Shown here: positions 1 through 9,460 of the stretch, in pieces
Layout of the letters: every line of letters starts with the position of its first letter
How positions within the stretch are numbered: the first letter of the stretch is position 1
NCBI GenBank assembly: GCA_964390845.1
Contig: CAYMIL010000002.1
Span: 33,885 to 97,884, forward strand
Length of the DNA stretch: 64,000 nucleotides
Reading direction: 5' to 3'
DNA from: an uncultured Candidatus Saccharibacteria bacterium
GTDB lineage: Bacteria; Patescibacteriota; Minisyncoccia; Phycocordibacterales; CALRHW01
Notes under the pieces: generated by a model
The model's input: only the letters and a program-made list of their open reading frames with translations
Database searches by the model: none
Told to the model about the DNA's origin: nothing
Made by a program: the position numbers and the translations under genes

Positions 1-1
1 C

Positions 2-409
2 CCTCGTGGCGTATGGCTTAGTAGCGTGGAGATGGCCCACATGGTACAGTACTTTCTCCACGAGATGCCACAACGTCTCCAGAGGTTCATCGAGAGTGAG
101 GAGGGTCGTGCCGGCCTTCGGCTACTGAAGGCCGGTGGACGAGAACTAGTCCTCCACTCTTTCACTGACGGAAAAACCGTAACAACACTCGTTCTTTCCG
201 GCAAAGGCCTTCAGAAGCAGATTGGCACTATCTTTAATCGCAGAAAAAAGACGGTGCCACTGTCCTACAAGGATGCAGCGACAGCGATGCTCTTCTGCGA
301 TGCACCTTGCCGGAAAACCCATGAACAGGTTGGTTGGATTCGCGATCGTCTCAATGAGATTGCGAACGAGATTTTGCACGAGAAGGAGGAAGGCGCGCTG
401 AAACACTGA
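2..409 (+). CDS. hypothetical protein, probably 5'-partial
   Basis: Frame is open from the window start; ORF track gives 26..409; followed by an intrinsic terminator; no recognised motif. Confidence 0.6.
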   Translation, partial: PRGVWLSSVEMAHMVQYFLHEMPQRLQRFIESEEGRAGLRLLKAGGRELVLHSFTDGKTVTTLVLSGKGLQKQIGTIFNRRKKTVPLSYKDAATAMLFCDAPCRKTHEQVGWIRDRLNEIANEILHEKEEGALKH

Positions 410-433
410 ACCAACCCGCCCCCGCCACGAGAG

Positions 434-461
434 CCCCGCTCTTGTTGCGGGGTTTTCTTTT
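434..461 (+). terminator. intrinsic terminator
   Basis: ccccgc-tcttgtt-gcgggg followed by ttttctttt. Confidence 0.7.
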
Positions 462-501
462 GTGTACAGATTATGATTTAATGTGATGCGGAGGGTTCAT
501 C

Positions 502-771
502 ATGAACAACACCGGGAGTCATCGCAAGGAAACACGTTTCGGGCTATTCCGGCGTGACGCGCCCCACCTCTTTACCTACAGCACAGAGGTCGGAAATGCG
601 ACACTTGCTGACGCGGCACAGGACATCTTTGAAGAAATCCGCGGGATGCAACACCCAATTCCCGTAATTCTCTTCCGGCACCAAGACAAGCAGGTGCAGA
701 TCCGGCCACAAGATGTGTGCCCAAACCACATCATGGAACGGTGGCGCACCCACAGGAGGAATAATTCTTGA
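502..771 (+). CDS. hypothetical protein (89 aa)
   Basis: ATG preceded by GGAGG; lies between terminators. Confidence 0.55.
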   Translation: MNNTGSHRKETRFGLFRRDAPHLFTYSTEVGNATLADAAQDIFEEIRGMQHPIPVILFRHQDKQVQIRPQDVCPNHIMERWRTHRRNNS

Positions 772-935
772 TGAAACGTTTCAAATACATGTTCTCGAAC
801 TTCTCGGAGTATCGGGGGCGACGACATCGCAGGCGGGGGCACACGCGCGACTACGCACCCCCAACTCGCATACCGACAACGACGCGTTTGCGTCGCACGT
901 CCCCCTTCTCCTTGGACCCCACGAGACGCTTCTAG
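771..935 (+). CDS. possible small Arg-rich protein (54 aa, MKRFKYMFSNF...), not in ORF track
   Basis: TGATG stop/start overlap with 502..771; AGGAGGA at 754-760; ends at the next terminator. Confidence 0.3.
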   Translation: MKRFKYMFSNFSEYRGRRHRRRGHTRDYAPPTRIPTTTRLRRTSPFSLDPTRRF

Positions 936-955
936 CGCCGTGGGGTCTGTTTTTT
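915..955 (+). terminator. intrinsic terminator
   Basis: gaccccacg...cgtggggtc stem followed by a T run. Confidence 0.6.
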
Positions 956-988
956 AGTTCCAAAGAATTTTCATATATACTTACACTC

Positions 989-1768
989 ATGAAGCACGCA
1001 CTCAAACGGCTGATTAAAAATATCCTCTATGGAGTCCGCCTTTTACTACCCTCTCCACGCAACAGAGCGGTTGTTCTTGTCTACCACTCAATTGGACACA
1101 ACTCACTTCCCTTCACTGTATCACCCACCGTATTTCAACAACACATGGCGTGGTTGCATGAGCAACACTTTACAGTAGTGAGTCTCGATACACTCATGGA
1201 CATGAAGCGTCGTGGCGATATACCACCAAAAACTATTACGATTACATTTGATGATGGGTACCGCGACAATCTTATAGAAGCATTTCCTATTCTTTCTCGT
1301 TACAATTTTCCAAGCACTATTTTTCTTATGACTTCAGATTTCGGAAAGGTACGAACACTACACGGCGTACCACTTGAGGTATTATCTGAAGAAGAAATCC
1401 GAACCCTACACGCATCGGGCCTCGTTGCTATAGAACCACACTCGGTAACACACCCGAAACTCAATGAAGTCTCCGCCGAAAATGTGCGTCGAGAAATTTC
1501 AGAATCTGCACGCATCATTGACACTCTCCTCTCAAAACACTCTCAACACTTTGCGTACCCAAAAGGCCGATACAACCAGACTGTACTTGATGTTATGCGC
1601 ACGACAGATATGCACTACGGATATACAACCAAAAACGGATGTGTAACCCCACGCAGTGTGCCGTTTGAAATACCACGAAATGGCATCGGGTACGACACCA
1701 CTATGATAGAGTTTAAAGCAATAGCAAAATCTGGTAGAGTAACGAGACATGACATCTTCCGCCGTTAA
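989..1768 (+). CDS. polysaccharide deacetylase (NodB/IcaB-like CE4)
   Basis: LVYHSI, TITFDDGY, HSVTH and FAYPKG motifs; start moved from 713 to ATG 989, after the terminator and a TATACT box. Confidence 0.88.
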   Translation: MKHALKRLIKNILYGVRLLLPSPRNRAVVLVYHSIGHNSLPFTVSPTVFQQHMAWLHEQHFTVVSLDTLMDMKRRGDIPPKTITITFDDGYRDNLIEAFPILSRYNFPSTIFLMTSDFGKVRTLHGVPLEVLSEEEIRTLHASGLVAIEPHSVTHPKLNEVSAENVRREISESARIIDTLLSKHSQHFAYPKGRYNQTVLDVMRTTDMHYGYTTKNGCVTPRSVPFEIPRNGIGYDTTMIEFKAIAKSGRVTRHDIFRR

Positions 1769-2690
1769 AGACATCTATTGGGGAGAATTTCCCGAATCAG
1801 AACTCGACATCGTCTTGCGCCACATGCGCGCGGGCGACATGAATAGTGCTCGGGCATATATTGAAGAAAAAACAAAAAGAACGGATTTTATTTTTGGATC
1901 CGCACGATCAGATTTTCTCTATTACACAAGTCACGAACCAGAAACACACTGTCTTGATATTGGCTGTGGTCTCGGAGTGCACACATTTAATATGGCGCGG
2001 TACGCACACAGCGTGACTGCTTTCGACCTTTCTGCAAAACGAGCTGAATTTTGTAACCTTCGAGCACAACTCACAGGTGTCACCAACATATCGTGCACAC
2101 ACGACTCCCTAAAAACATTTGACCCTAAAGGAAAGACGTTTAACACCATCATTATGAACGGCATTCTTGAGTGGGTACCTGAAGACCGTGTACACAAAGA
2201 CCCACGGATGGACCAGCTCGATGCACTACGTAAAGTGAAGAGTCTTATGTCAAAAGACGGCATGCTCTATGTTGGAATTGAAAACCGATTCGCCCTCAAC
2301 TATCTAACGTCCGCCCGAGACCACAATCATTTGCGCTACACATCATTTATGCCACGCTTTCTTGCGTCACTTATCACAAAAATATTATGTGGAAAACCCT
2401 ACAGAACATACACATATTCAGCGTGGGGTTACAAAAAACTATTCCGTGACGCAGGATTTTCTCCAGCACACACCGAGCTCTACATCGCCCACCCCGGATA
2501 CAATTTACCCAAGTACCTTATCCCATTTGAAGATATTTCCGCATTACGCTTTTTTATAGACGGACTTATGGAGGGAAAAGGTGTGCGTGGCTCGATCATA
2601 CGTTTTCTCGCGCGAAGCAATATCTTTTTGCGCATGATTCGTCATGGTTTTTATAGCTACGCGATTTTTGCAAAAAACTCACATGATTAA
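1749..2690 (+). CDS. class I SAM-dependent methyltransferase
   Basis: LDIGCGLG motif I; NGILEW and GMLYVGIENR typical of glycan-cluster methyltransferases. Confidence 0.85.
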   Translation: MTSSAVKDIYWGEFPESELDIVLRHMRAGDMNSARAYIEEKTKRTDFIFGSARSDFLYYTSHEPETHCLDIGCGLGVHTFNMARYAHSVTAFDLSAKRAEFCNLRAQLTGVTNISCTHDSLKTFDPKGKTFNTIIMNGILEWVPEDRVHKDPRMDQLDALRKVKSLMSKDGMLYVGIENRFALNYLTSARDHNHLRYTSFMPRFLASLITKILCGKPYRTYTYSAWGYKKLFRDAGFSPAHTELYIAHPGYNLPKYLIPFEDISALRFFIDGLMEGKGVRGSIIRFLARSNIFLRMIRHGFYSYAIFAKNSHD

Positions 2691-3483
2691 CCGCATACGA
2701 CACATTTGCGCATCCCATCTTTCTGTATCACCCGATACATTATATGTATCGAAGTTTTATCATGGAGACGGCGAACGCGCGCGAAAAACAATCTTTCTGA
2801 TTACCGACGGCACGCAACCACTGTATATTTTTAAAATTGCACGATCCGCAGAGCGAAACCTGCTCATAGAGCGCGAATACGCAGCACTCAAAGATGCGAG
2901 CGCTCGTCCGCACGCACCCTTCAACATACCCCACCCAATTGGACACGGAGAACTCTATGGTCTTGCATATAGCATTGAACGTGTTGTTACTGGCTCGGTC
3001 GTCTCCCAACAACAGGCACCCGACCTTATCAGCTACGTCGTCGAATTTGAACGACAGAAACAACGTGGTGGCACAGTAACGGTTGGCGCGCTCTCTGCTG
3101 TACTTGAAAAAATATACATTGATGGCCCCGCAGAGTACCACGTGCTCCAAAAAGAGCTTGCGGCATACGCCACACATTCCCTCGTACATGCGCATGCGCA
3201 CGGCGACCTGACATTCCGAAACATCATCGCGTCACCCGATTCTACATATACACTGATAGATTGGGAATACGCACCATACAAACCACTGTGGGGTATTGAT
3301 TTTGCACACTATATACTACGAACATACGGACCGAAAGGCAACGTTGCTCACATGTTTCCTGAAATACAAGATTCCCTACCTCCACTCTGCATCATTGATC
3401 GCATATATGATATACTCCAAAAACATAGCAGATGCGACGACATAGAACGCCTCCGTGATTTTTTGAACGCCGCATCTGCGTAA
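2683..3483 (+). CDS. APH/choline-kinase-like phosphotransferase
   Basis: HGDLTFRNII (Brenner motif) and IDWE; start likely ATG 2683 overlapping the upstream stop. Confidence 0.75.
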   Translation: MINRIRHICASHLSVSPDTLYVSKFYHGDGERARKTIFLITDGTQPLYIFKIARSAERNLLIEREYAALKDASARPHAPFNIPHPIGHGELYGLAYSIERVVTGSVVSQQQAPDLISYVVEFERQKQRGGTVTVGALSAVLEKIYIDGPAEYHVLQKELAAYATHSLVHAHAHGDLTFRNIIASPDSTYTLIDWEYAPYKPLWGIDFAHYILRTYGPKGNVAHMFPEIQDSLPPLCIIDRIYDILQKHSRCDDIERLRDFLNAASA

Positions 3484-3489
3484 CGGGTC

Positions 3490-4677
3490 ATGAATACCAT
3501 ACCAGTACTCTACATTTCAAGGATGTACTTTTCATCCTCTCGCGCAAATGTACACACCGTCTCAAAAACAGCAGAGGCGCTTTCTCAAGACGCCCGCATT
3601 TCTTTTTCTCTTATAAGTACTGACACATCCATACGAAACCCGCGCAATCGCACAGACTATGAGCGCGCGCACAACATCACCACACCATTTCACATAGAAA
3701 CAATATGGTCACCTTCAGGCATACTTCAGCATATCAACGGTCGATTAGCGTTCTATGCAAGCGCACTCTGCGACAACATTGCTCTGGCCATATATATCAC
3801 ACGACGCCGCACACCGACCTCTGTACTCTACGTACGCGACCACATGCTCGCACCGTGCATCCTCTTTGCACACCACGTGCTTGGAATGAAATTCTTTTTC
3901 GAAGCACACTATGTATTACCCAACAAATTTGGTCAGTATCTTACGGACGTATTGGCTCGACGAGCACACGGCATTGTTGCTATCACCAAAGCACTCGCTC
4001 GATACTATACCCGGCACAATACCCGGACAACTGTATCGTATTGTGCAGCAAGTGATATTGAACAATATGAGCAGATTACTCAAAGCACTGCTAACCTCAG
4101 ATCAACACTGGGACTTCCCACGGAAAGCACGATTCTATGCTATACGGGCAACATTGGAAAAACCGGAACAGGCCACGACTACGGTGTGTCGGATATTATT
4201 ATGGCTCTCACCTACCTACCTTCGCACTATTTTCTCCTCATAGTTGGGAAAAAGGCTACTGATAGTAACGAGCTTGAGGAGCTTGCGCGCGTTCATGGTG
4301 TCAGCAACAGGGTTCAAATCCTTCCATGGCAACCACGCAACACCATACCATTGTATGTGCGCGCAAGCGATATCCTCGTCATACCAACGTCCGGTGGTTT
4401 GCCAGGCAATTCTCCTACAAAAATTTTTGAATATTTAGGAAGCGGTCGTCCGATTGTCGCAGCAAACACTGAAGCAATCACTGAGATACTTCGACACGAG
4501 CACAACGCCCTCATTGCAAAACCAGAACACCCAGACACATGGGCGCACGAAATAGAGCGTATTGCTTCAGACAGCGTTCTTCAATCACATCTCACCAAAA
4601 ACGCGCTTCAAGAAGCCCGACATTTTACATGGGCACAGCGCGCCCATACGATTGTTGATCTAATCTTTCACTCATAA
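3490..4677 (+). CDS. glycosyltransferase family 4
   Basis: SDILVIP...SPTKIFEYLGSGRPIVA and FTWAQRA GT-B C-terminal motifs. Confidence 0.9.
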   Translation: MNTIPVLYISRMYFSSSRANVHTVSKTAEALSQDARISFSLISTDTSIRNPRNRTDYERAHNITTPFHIETIWSPSGILQHINGRLAFYASALCDNIALAIYITRRRTPTSVLYVRDHMLAPCILFAHHVLGMKFFFEAHYVLPNKFGQYLTDVLARRAHGIVAITKALARYYTRHNTRTTVSYCAASDIEQYEQITQSTANLRSTLGLPTESTILCYTGNIGKTGTGHDYGVSDIIMALTYLPSHYFLLIVGKKATDSNELEELARVHGVSNRVQILPWQPRNTIPLYVRASDILVIPTSGGLPGNSPTKIFEYLGSGRPIVAANTEAITEILRHEHNALIAKPEHPDTWAHEIERIASDSVLQSHLTKNALQEARHFTWAQRAHTIVDLIFHS

Positions 4678-5402
4678 TGCATTTCATTAAGAAACGCTTT
4701 GGCATACAGCATCTTGTCGTATTTTTTGAAGACACTCTTTTTCAAAACGCTGTGGCAAATACATCCTACCCACTCATCACTGCCCTTTCATATACACGAC
4801 ACAACCTTCCTGGAGTTCGTGTGCGAGAAAAAGATACCGCACTCATCGACATCTCACCTTCACCAGAACATATCCTAGCAAGCATGCACAGGACGACACG
4901 AAATGAGATTCTGCGCTCCCTTGCTAAAAACTTTTCTGTAGAGCTACGCGTAGGTTTTCACGAGGATCTATATATGCTCTATGCATCATTTGAACGAGCA
5001 CAAGGTCGGACGCCTATGAAAAAAGATGAGTTTGCTCAGTTTCGATATGTTGTCGTTTCTTTGGACAACACACCACTCTCTGTAGTGTCTCTCATTGAAG
5101 AAAAGCCTTTACTGCGTATTCGATCGATTTTTTCTGCGCGTATGACAACCCAAGATGCCGAACAGAAGAAAAATATCAGCAACGCGTCACGGCGCGCGAT
5201 ATATGAAGCGTGCGTGTGGGGTCATGAAAACGGCTTTACAAGCCTCGATCTCGCATCAGTAAATATTACTGATGCCAACAAAGCACATCTCTCAAAATTT
5301 AAATTGTCATTTGGGGGCACATTTCGGAAAGAGTACACCCACATCTTTGCAACACCGGCTATACAGTTTGTGCTGAAGATACTCTCACGAGTACGTAGCT
5401 AG
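4677..5402 (+). CDS. FemAB/GNAT-like acyl- or aminoacyl-transferase
   Basis: IDIS...LASMHRTTRNEI and LDL...LSKFKLSFGG Fem-family signatures. Confidence 0.65.
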   Translation: MHFIKKRFGIQHLVVFFEDTLFQNAVANTSYPLITALSYTRHNLPGVRVREKDTALIDISPSPEHILASMHRTTRNEILRSLAKNFSVELRVGFHEDLYMLYASFERAQGRTPMKKDEFAQFRYVVVSLDNTPLSVVSLIEEKPLLRIRSIFSARMTTQDAEQKKNISNASRRAIYEACVWGHENGFTSLDLASVNITDANKAHLSKFKLSFGGTFRKEYTHIFATPAIQFVLKILSRVRS

Positions 5403-6624
5403 CAATCAATCTACACACTCGGCTTATTCCGACACCAAGGACAATACCCAAGAGGCCGAAGTATGCGCCAACACAGATTCCTATACACTGAAACACGCTT
5501 CCAGAAACATTAAAATAATAGAGGCGTCGCTTGTCTGCGTGCGCCTGAAGAAAACTTACTGGCAAAACATTGGCTGTACTAAAAAGAAACAGCGCTGACA
5601 CCTGAGAAAGGAACACTGCACCCTCCTCATATTGCGGAAATAGATAGTGGAAAAAATATGGTGCCGCATAAATATAGCAGACACTCACCACAAACATACC
5701 GACAGCAAACACAGTCATCTTGTGCAACATTGTCTTTCGAGCAAGGTCGGGGTTGCCGTGAGAAAATTTTGGCTGTGCGAGCGTTCCAACATTTTTCCCC
5801 AATCCCTTTATTTGCTCCGGAATAGCTATCGCAAAAGAATACACAGCAAGTTGCGCAGGACCAAGAAGCTGGAATGTGATAAGACTATCAATACGATCTA
5901 TAATCCCCCCAAGTACCGACATGATACTGAGGTGAAAACCGTAATTCATTGCCTCTTTATCTACATCTGCATTTTTTGCATATACCCGATTGGCATACCA
6001 ATACACAACACCTTCAGCCACAACACTGGCCATCATAAATGTCGAAACGAGCACAATAAGGTTATGACTCAACAAAACTGCGACTATAGTAGCGGCCGTA
6101 ACACCCACAGACGCAAGCGATGTGGTGAGCGCACTTCGCTTAAAATCTCTTTTTCCAGAAAACACAGAATCTGATAACGACGCACTAGCAAATAATGGCG
6201 ACAAGAGTCCGACAATACAAACAGAAACTGCTAGCAATAGATCTTTCTGAACAAAATAATAGTATCCGGATACAGTAAAAAAAATAAGGAGCGAGGGCAG
6301 GCTCCAGATAAGGTTTTTGCGAAACACATAACGAAGCGTTCCGTCAAAACCTTTTGCGGCAGAATTCATAACCGCAACAGACAAACCAGTTAAAGAAAAG
6401 ACACTTATTGTGCTGGAAATAGCAAAGACATATTTATATGTTCCGTACAGCTCTTTAGAAAGAAAGCGGGCACAGACAATGGCAAACGCAAGAGTTGTGA
6501 GCGCAGATACGGCATGAGAATATGTGAGCCACGTACTGCCCCGCATGACATATCGCACATCCGTTTTGATAACACGCTCAATCCGAGAGAGAACGGGTAT
6601 GTATATTCTTCTTAAGAAACCCAT
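5359..6624 (-). CDS. Wzx/MOP-family oligosaccharide flippase
   Basis: Many hydrophobic helices; ARFLSKELYGTY and LGPAQLAVYSFA motifs. Confidence 0.85.
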   Translation of the reverse strand: MGFLRRIYIPVLSRIERVIKTDVRYVMRGSTWLTYSHAVSALTTLAFAIVCARFLSKELYGTYKYVFAISSTISVFSLTGLSVAVMNSAAKGFDGTLRYVFRKNLIWSLPSLLIFFTVSGYYYFVQKDLLLAVSVCIVGLLSPLFASASLSDSVFSGKRDFKRSALTTSLASVGVTAATIVAVLLSHNLIVLVSTFMMASVVAEGVVYWYANRVYAKNADVDKEAMNYGFHLSIMSVLGGIIDRIDSLITFQLLGPAQLAVYSFAIAIPEQIKGLGKNVGTLAQPKFSHGNPDLARKTMLHKMTVFAVGMFVVSVCYIYAAPYFFHYLFPQYEEGAVFLSQVSALFLFSTANVLPVSFLQAHADKRRLYYFNVSGSVFQCIGICVGAYFGLLGIVLGVGISRVCRLIASYVLVRVSSAQTV

Positions 6625-6660
6625 ACAAGGAATAATACCAGAACACGGCTCCGTGTCACT

Positions 6661-7227
6661 TTAGTACTTCCTCACAACCCCCTTCACCACCGCGGCGATA
6701 CGGAAACTCTCTGTTGGATAAATGGGCTTGTAGTGTTTGTTGGCAGGCTCAAGCCAGACTTTGCCCCCGCGCGTACGATAATATTTCATCGTCCACCCAC
6801 CATCGACTTCTGCAATAACAATCTCGCCATCGCGCGCATGCTCACGTCGCTCCGCAACCACCATGTCTCCCTCTTTAATTCCCTCCTCAATCATTGAATC
6901 ACCCTTCACTTCGAGCAGATAGGTGTTGCCTTGATCTTCTATCAGAAGCTCGTCGATACTTGTTGTATCAAGCGCGTCTTCCTCTGCGACAGACGGTAGA
7001 CCGGCTTCAACTAAGCCAAGGACAGGGACTTGGCCAAACATATTTTTGGGAATCAACTTACCTCTCGCATCTTTCTCTACAACACCTTCTTCGACAAGAC
7101 GATTGATAAGTTTGTATACTGCGTTTTTCGACTTAAAACCAACGAGCGCCATGATTTCCTGATACGCGGGCATTCGCCGATTTTTTTTATAGAAGCCGAG
7201 AATTTTTTGTTTGTATTCCTGATTCAT
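6661..7227 (-). CDS. lexA: LexA repressor
   Basis: N-terminal wHTH (PAYQEIM...FKSKNAV), VEAG cleavage site, GDSM catalytic Ser, TMKY catalytic Lys. Confidence 0.9.
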   Translation of the reverse strand: MNQEYKQKILGFYKKNRRMPAYQEIMALVGFKSKNAVYKLINRLVEEGVVEKDARGKLIPKNMFGQVPVLGLVEAGLPSVAEEDALDTTSIDELLIEDQGNTYLLEVKGDSMIEEGIKEGDMVVAERREHARDGEIVIAEVDGGWTMKYYRTRGGKVWLEPANKHYKPIYPTESFRIAAVVKGVVRKY

Positions 7228-7247
7228 GCGGGTGTATACCCATTATT

Positions 7248-7442
7248 CTACAGGAACGAAGCGAAGCCAAATGAACGTGTGAGCCATGATGCTCGGCGAG
7301 CGCGGTTGAGCTGACTTCGCAATGATCGGTGGCGCCGCGCCTCTTGGGCATATGACTGACCTTTTATAATTTTGATATCGATTTGCTCATTAAGACGCTT
7401 GAGCTCGTCGTGAATCGAATACAGCATTTTTGTTTTACTCAT
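7248..7442 (-). CDS. small hypothetical protein preceding lexA (MSKTKMLYSIHDELKRLNEQID...)
   Basis: 64-aa ORF between the operator-bearing promoter and lexA. Confidence 0.65.
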   Translation of the reverse strand: MSKTKMLYSIHDELKRLNEQIDIKIIKGQSYAQEARRHRSLRSQLNRARRASWLTRSFGFASFL

Positions 7443-7497
7443 ATATATGTGGCGATAGTTTATTGATAATCCCCCTTCGCACTCTGTGTATAGTATA

Positions 7498-7515
7498 GGT
7501 GAACATTCGTTCACC
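7498..7515. promoter_or_regulatory. putative LexA operator GGTGAAC-attc-GTTCACC
   Basis: Perfect 7-bp inverted repeat with the GAAC-N4-GTTC core, abutting the minus-strand TATACT -10 (7492-7497) of the lexA operon. Confidence 0.8.
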
Positions 7516-7521
7516 AGTCAA

Positions 7522-7530
7522 TGTGGATAA
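7522..7530 (-). promoter_or_regulatory. DnaA box TTATCCACA
   Basis: Exact consensus (tgtggataa on +) in the lexA/cls divergent region; a single box could be chance. Confidence 0.4.
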
Positions 7531-7560
7531 CTTTCACTATGATAAAATGACTGTACTACC

Positions 7561-8643
7561 ATGGCTCCACTCAAGCGAAAACCCGAATTTTATCTCGATG
7601 GCGCACACGCATGGGAAGCGATGCTCACTGCGTGCGAACAAGCGCGCCACTCTATCGACCTTGAACAATACATCTTTATGGTCGACACAATCGGTCGCCG
7701 ATTTATTGACGTTCTCATGCGCAAACGTATTGAAGGTGTGCGTGTGCGCATCATATGTGACACCGTTGGGAGCTTCTCATTTTACAACTCAACCGTACCC
7801 GCAATGCTCCGCGACGCGGGCATTGAGATTCGCTTTTTTAATATCGTAAGTCCGTGGCGCATTCGAGATATTTTTTCTTGGTACTTTAGAGATCATCGCA
7901 AAATACTTGTTGTCGACGAAGCGGTTGGTTTTACCGGCGGTGTCGGTATTCATGACGCCATGCGCACATGGCGCGATACGAGCGTGAGAGTGACTGGTCC
8001 GACTGCCCGAGAAATGCAAGATGCATTTGAAGAAATGTGGGATCTTGCCGCAGAAAAAAATATTTTTTCTCGACTGAAAAAATTTAAGCGCTACCACCGC
8101 GGCGAACGTCTCGTAACCAACGCCCCCTACCCGCGCCGCCGTTTTTTGTATCACACATTCATACAAGCGCTTCGCTCCGCAAGGCAATACGCGTTCCTCA
8201 CAACCCCCTACTTTGTTCCCAACCAGCGTTTTGTAAAAGAACTACGCAGAGCTGTCGCACGCGGAGTAGACGTAAAAATTCTTGTTCCAGAAACGTATGA
8301 TGTAATCTTGGTCAACCGCGCATCACACAGCTTTTTTCACGAGATACTTGAAGCTGGCGCTCATATCTACACATATTCCGGCGCATTCCTGCACGCAAAA
8401 ACAGCGGTTATCGACGATACGTGGGCAACGATCGGAAGTTTCAATTTTGACAACCTCAGCTTTACCTACAACCACGAAGCAAACATCGTTTCTATGGATC
8501 AGGCATTTATCAAGCCCCTCAAGAGCCACTTCCTCGCCGATATAGCCCACTCAAAAGAAATCCTCCTTGAAACATGGAAAAAACGTCCTCTCATATGGAA
8601 ATTGCATGAGTTTTTTGTCCTGCCAATACGCAGATTCCTCTAG
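7561..8643 (+). CDS. cls: cardiolipin synthase-like phospholipase D protein (no N-terminal TM)
   Basis: Two HKD motifs (HRKILVVD, HAKTAVID), WRDT, TTPYFVP, IGSFNFD. Confidence 0.85.
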   Translation: MAPLKRKPEFYLDGAHAWEAMLTACEQARHSIDLEQYIFMVDTIGRRFIDVLMRKRIEGVRVRIICDTVGSFSFYNSTVPAMLRDAGIEIRFFNIVSPWRIRDIFSWYFRDHRKILVVDEAVGFTGGVGIHDAMRTWRDTSVRVTGPTAREMQDAFEEMWDLAAEKNIFSRLKKFKRYHRGERLVTNAPYPRRRFLYHTFIQALRSARQYAFLTTPYFVPNQRFVKELRRAVARGVDVKILVPETYDVILVNRASHSFFHEILEAGAHIYTYSGAFLHAKTAVIDDTWATIGSFNFDNLSFTYNHEANIVSMDQAFIKPLKSHFLADIAHSKEILLETWKKRPLIWKLHEFFVLPIRRFL

Positions 8644-8717
8644 GTGGGGTACCTATTGCCCATTTTTCAAAAGAATGCTATATTTTTGGGACGTTATTAA
8701 GTTATTTCACACACATA

Positions 8718-9227
8718 TTGAGTACGAAGGTTAGAATCAATCATCAGATAAAAGCCCCGCAATTGCGGGTTATAGGCCCTGACGGGGCTAATATTGGGGT
8801 CATTTCCCTCGAGGAAGCCCTCAAACGAGCCACAGAAGCAGAGCTTGACCTGATTGAGATTTCACCCAATGCCGAGCCTCCGGTCGCCAAGATCATGGAT
8901 TATGGCAAGTTTCAATACGACGACAACAAAAAGCAAAAGCTTGCAAAGGCCAAGGCTCACGTAGTCGAAGTAAAGAACATTCAGGTGAAAGTCGGTACTG
9001 GCGACCACGACCTCGCACTTAAGGCAAAAAAAGCATCGGAATGGCTTTCGGAAGGACATCGAGTCAAAATCGACCTCTTCCTCCCGGGACGCTCAAAGTT
9101 CATGGATCTCAATTTCCTCAAAGAGCGCATGGAACGAGTGTTAAAGCTCATCACCGTAGAATACAAAATTGCCGACGCACCAAAGAAGAGCCCGAAGGGC
9201 CTCACCGCGGTCATCGAACGAGTGTAA
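8718..9227 (+). CDS. infC: translation initiation factor IF-3
   Basis: RINHQIKAPQLRVI, PPVAKIMDYGKF; non-ATG start (TTG 8718 or in-frame ATA 8715). Confidence 0.95.
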   Translation: MSTKVRINHQIKAPQLRVIGPDGANIGVISLEEALKRATEAELDLIEISPNAEPPVAKIMDYGKFQYDDNKKQKLAKAKAHVVEVKNIQVKVGTGDHDLALKAKKASEWLSEGHRVKIDLFLPGRSKFMDLNFLKERMERVLKLITVEYKIADAPKKSPKGLTAVIERV

Positions 9228-9258
9228 AAATAACATCAGGACGGAAATAATTATTCAT

Positions 9259-9444
9259 ATGAAAACGAATAAATCATTTACAAAGCGATTGAAGCTGACT
9301 CGAAACGGCAAGATTATTGCGCGCAAAACTGGTCAGAACCACTTCAACTCAAAAGAAAGCGGACGATCTGGTATTTCAAAAAAGCGTTCTGCTCGGTTCA
9401 CAATGAACAACAAGCTCAAGAGCCGATATCTTGTAAACCAGTAA
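9259..9444 (+). CDS. rpmI: 50S ribosomal protein L35
   Basis: MKTNKSFTKRLKLTRNGK; infC-rpmI-rplT order. Confidence 0.92.
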   Translation: MKTNKSFTKRLKLTRNGKIIARKTGQNHFNSKESGRSGISKKRSARFTMNNKLKSRYLVNQ

Positions 9445-9460
9445 TCAGTAATATACGACC

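Noticed and set aside
713-988. N-terminal extension of the deacetylase ORF
   Set aside because: It crosses an intrinsic terminator; ATG 989 follows a -10 box
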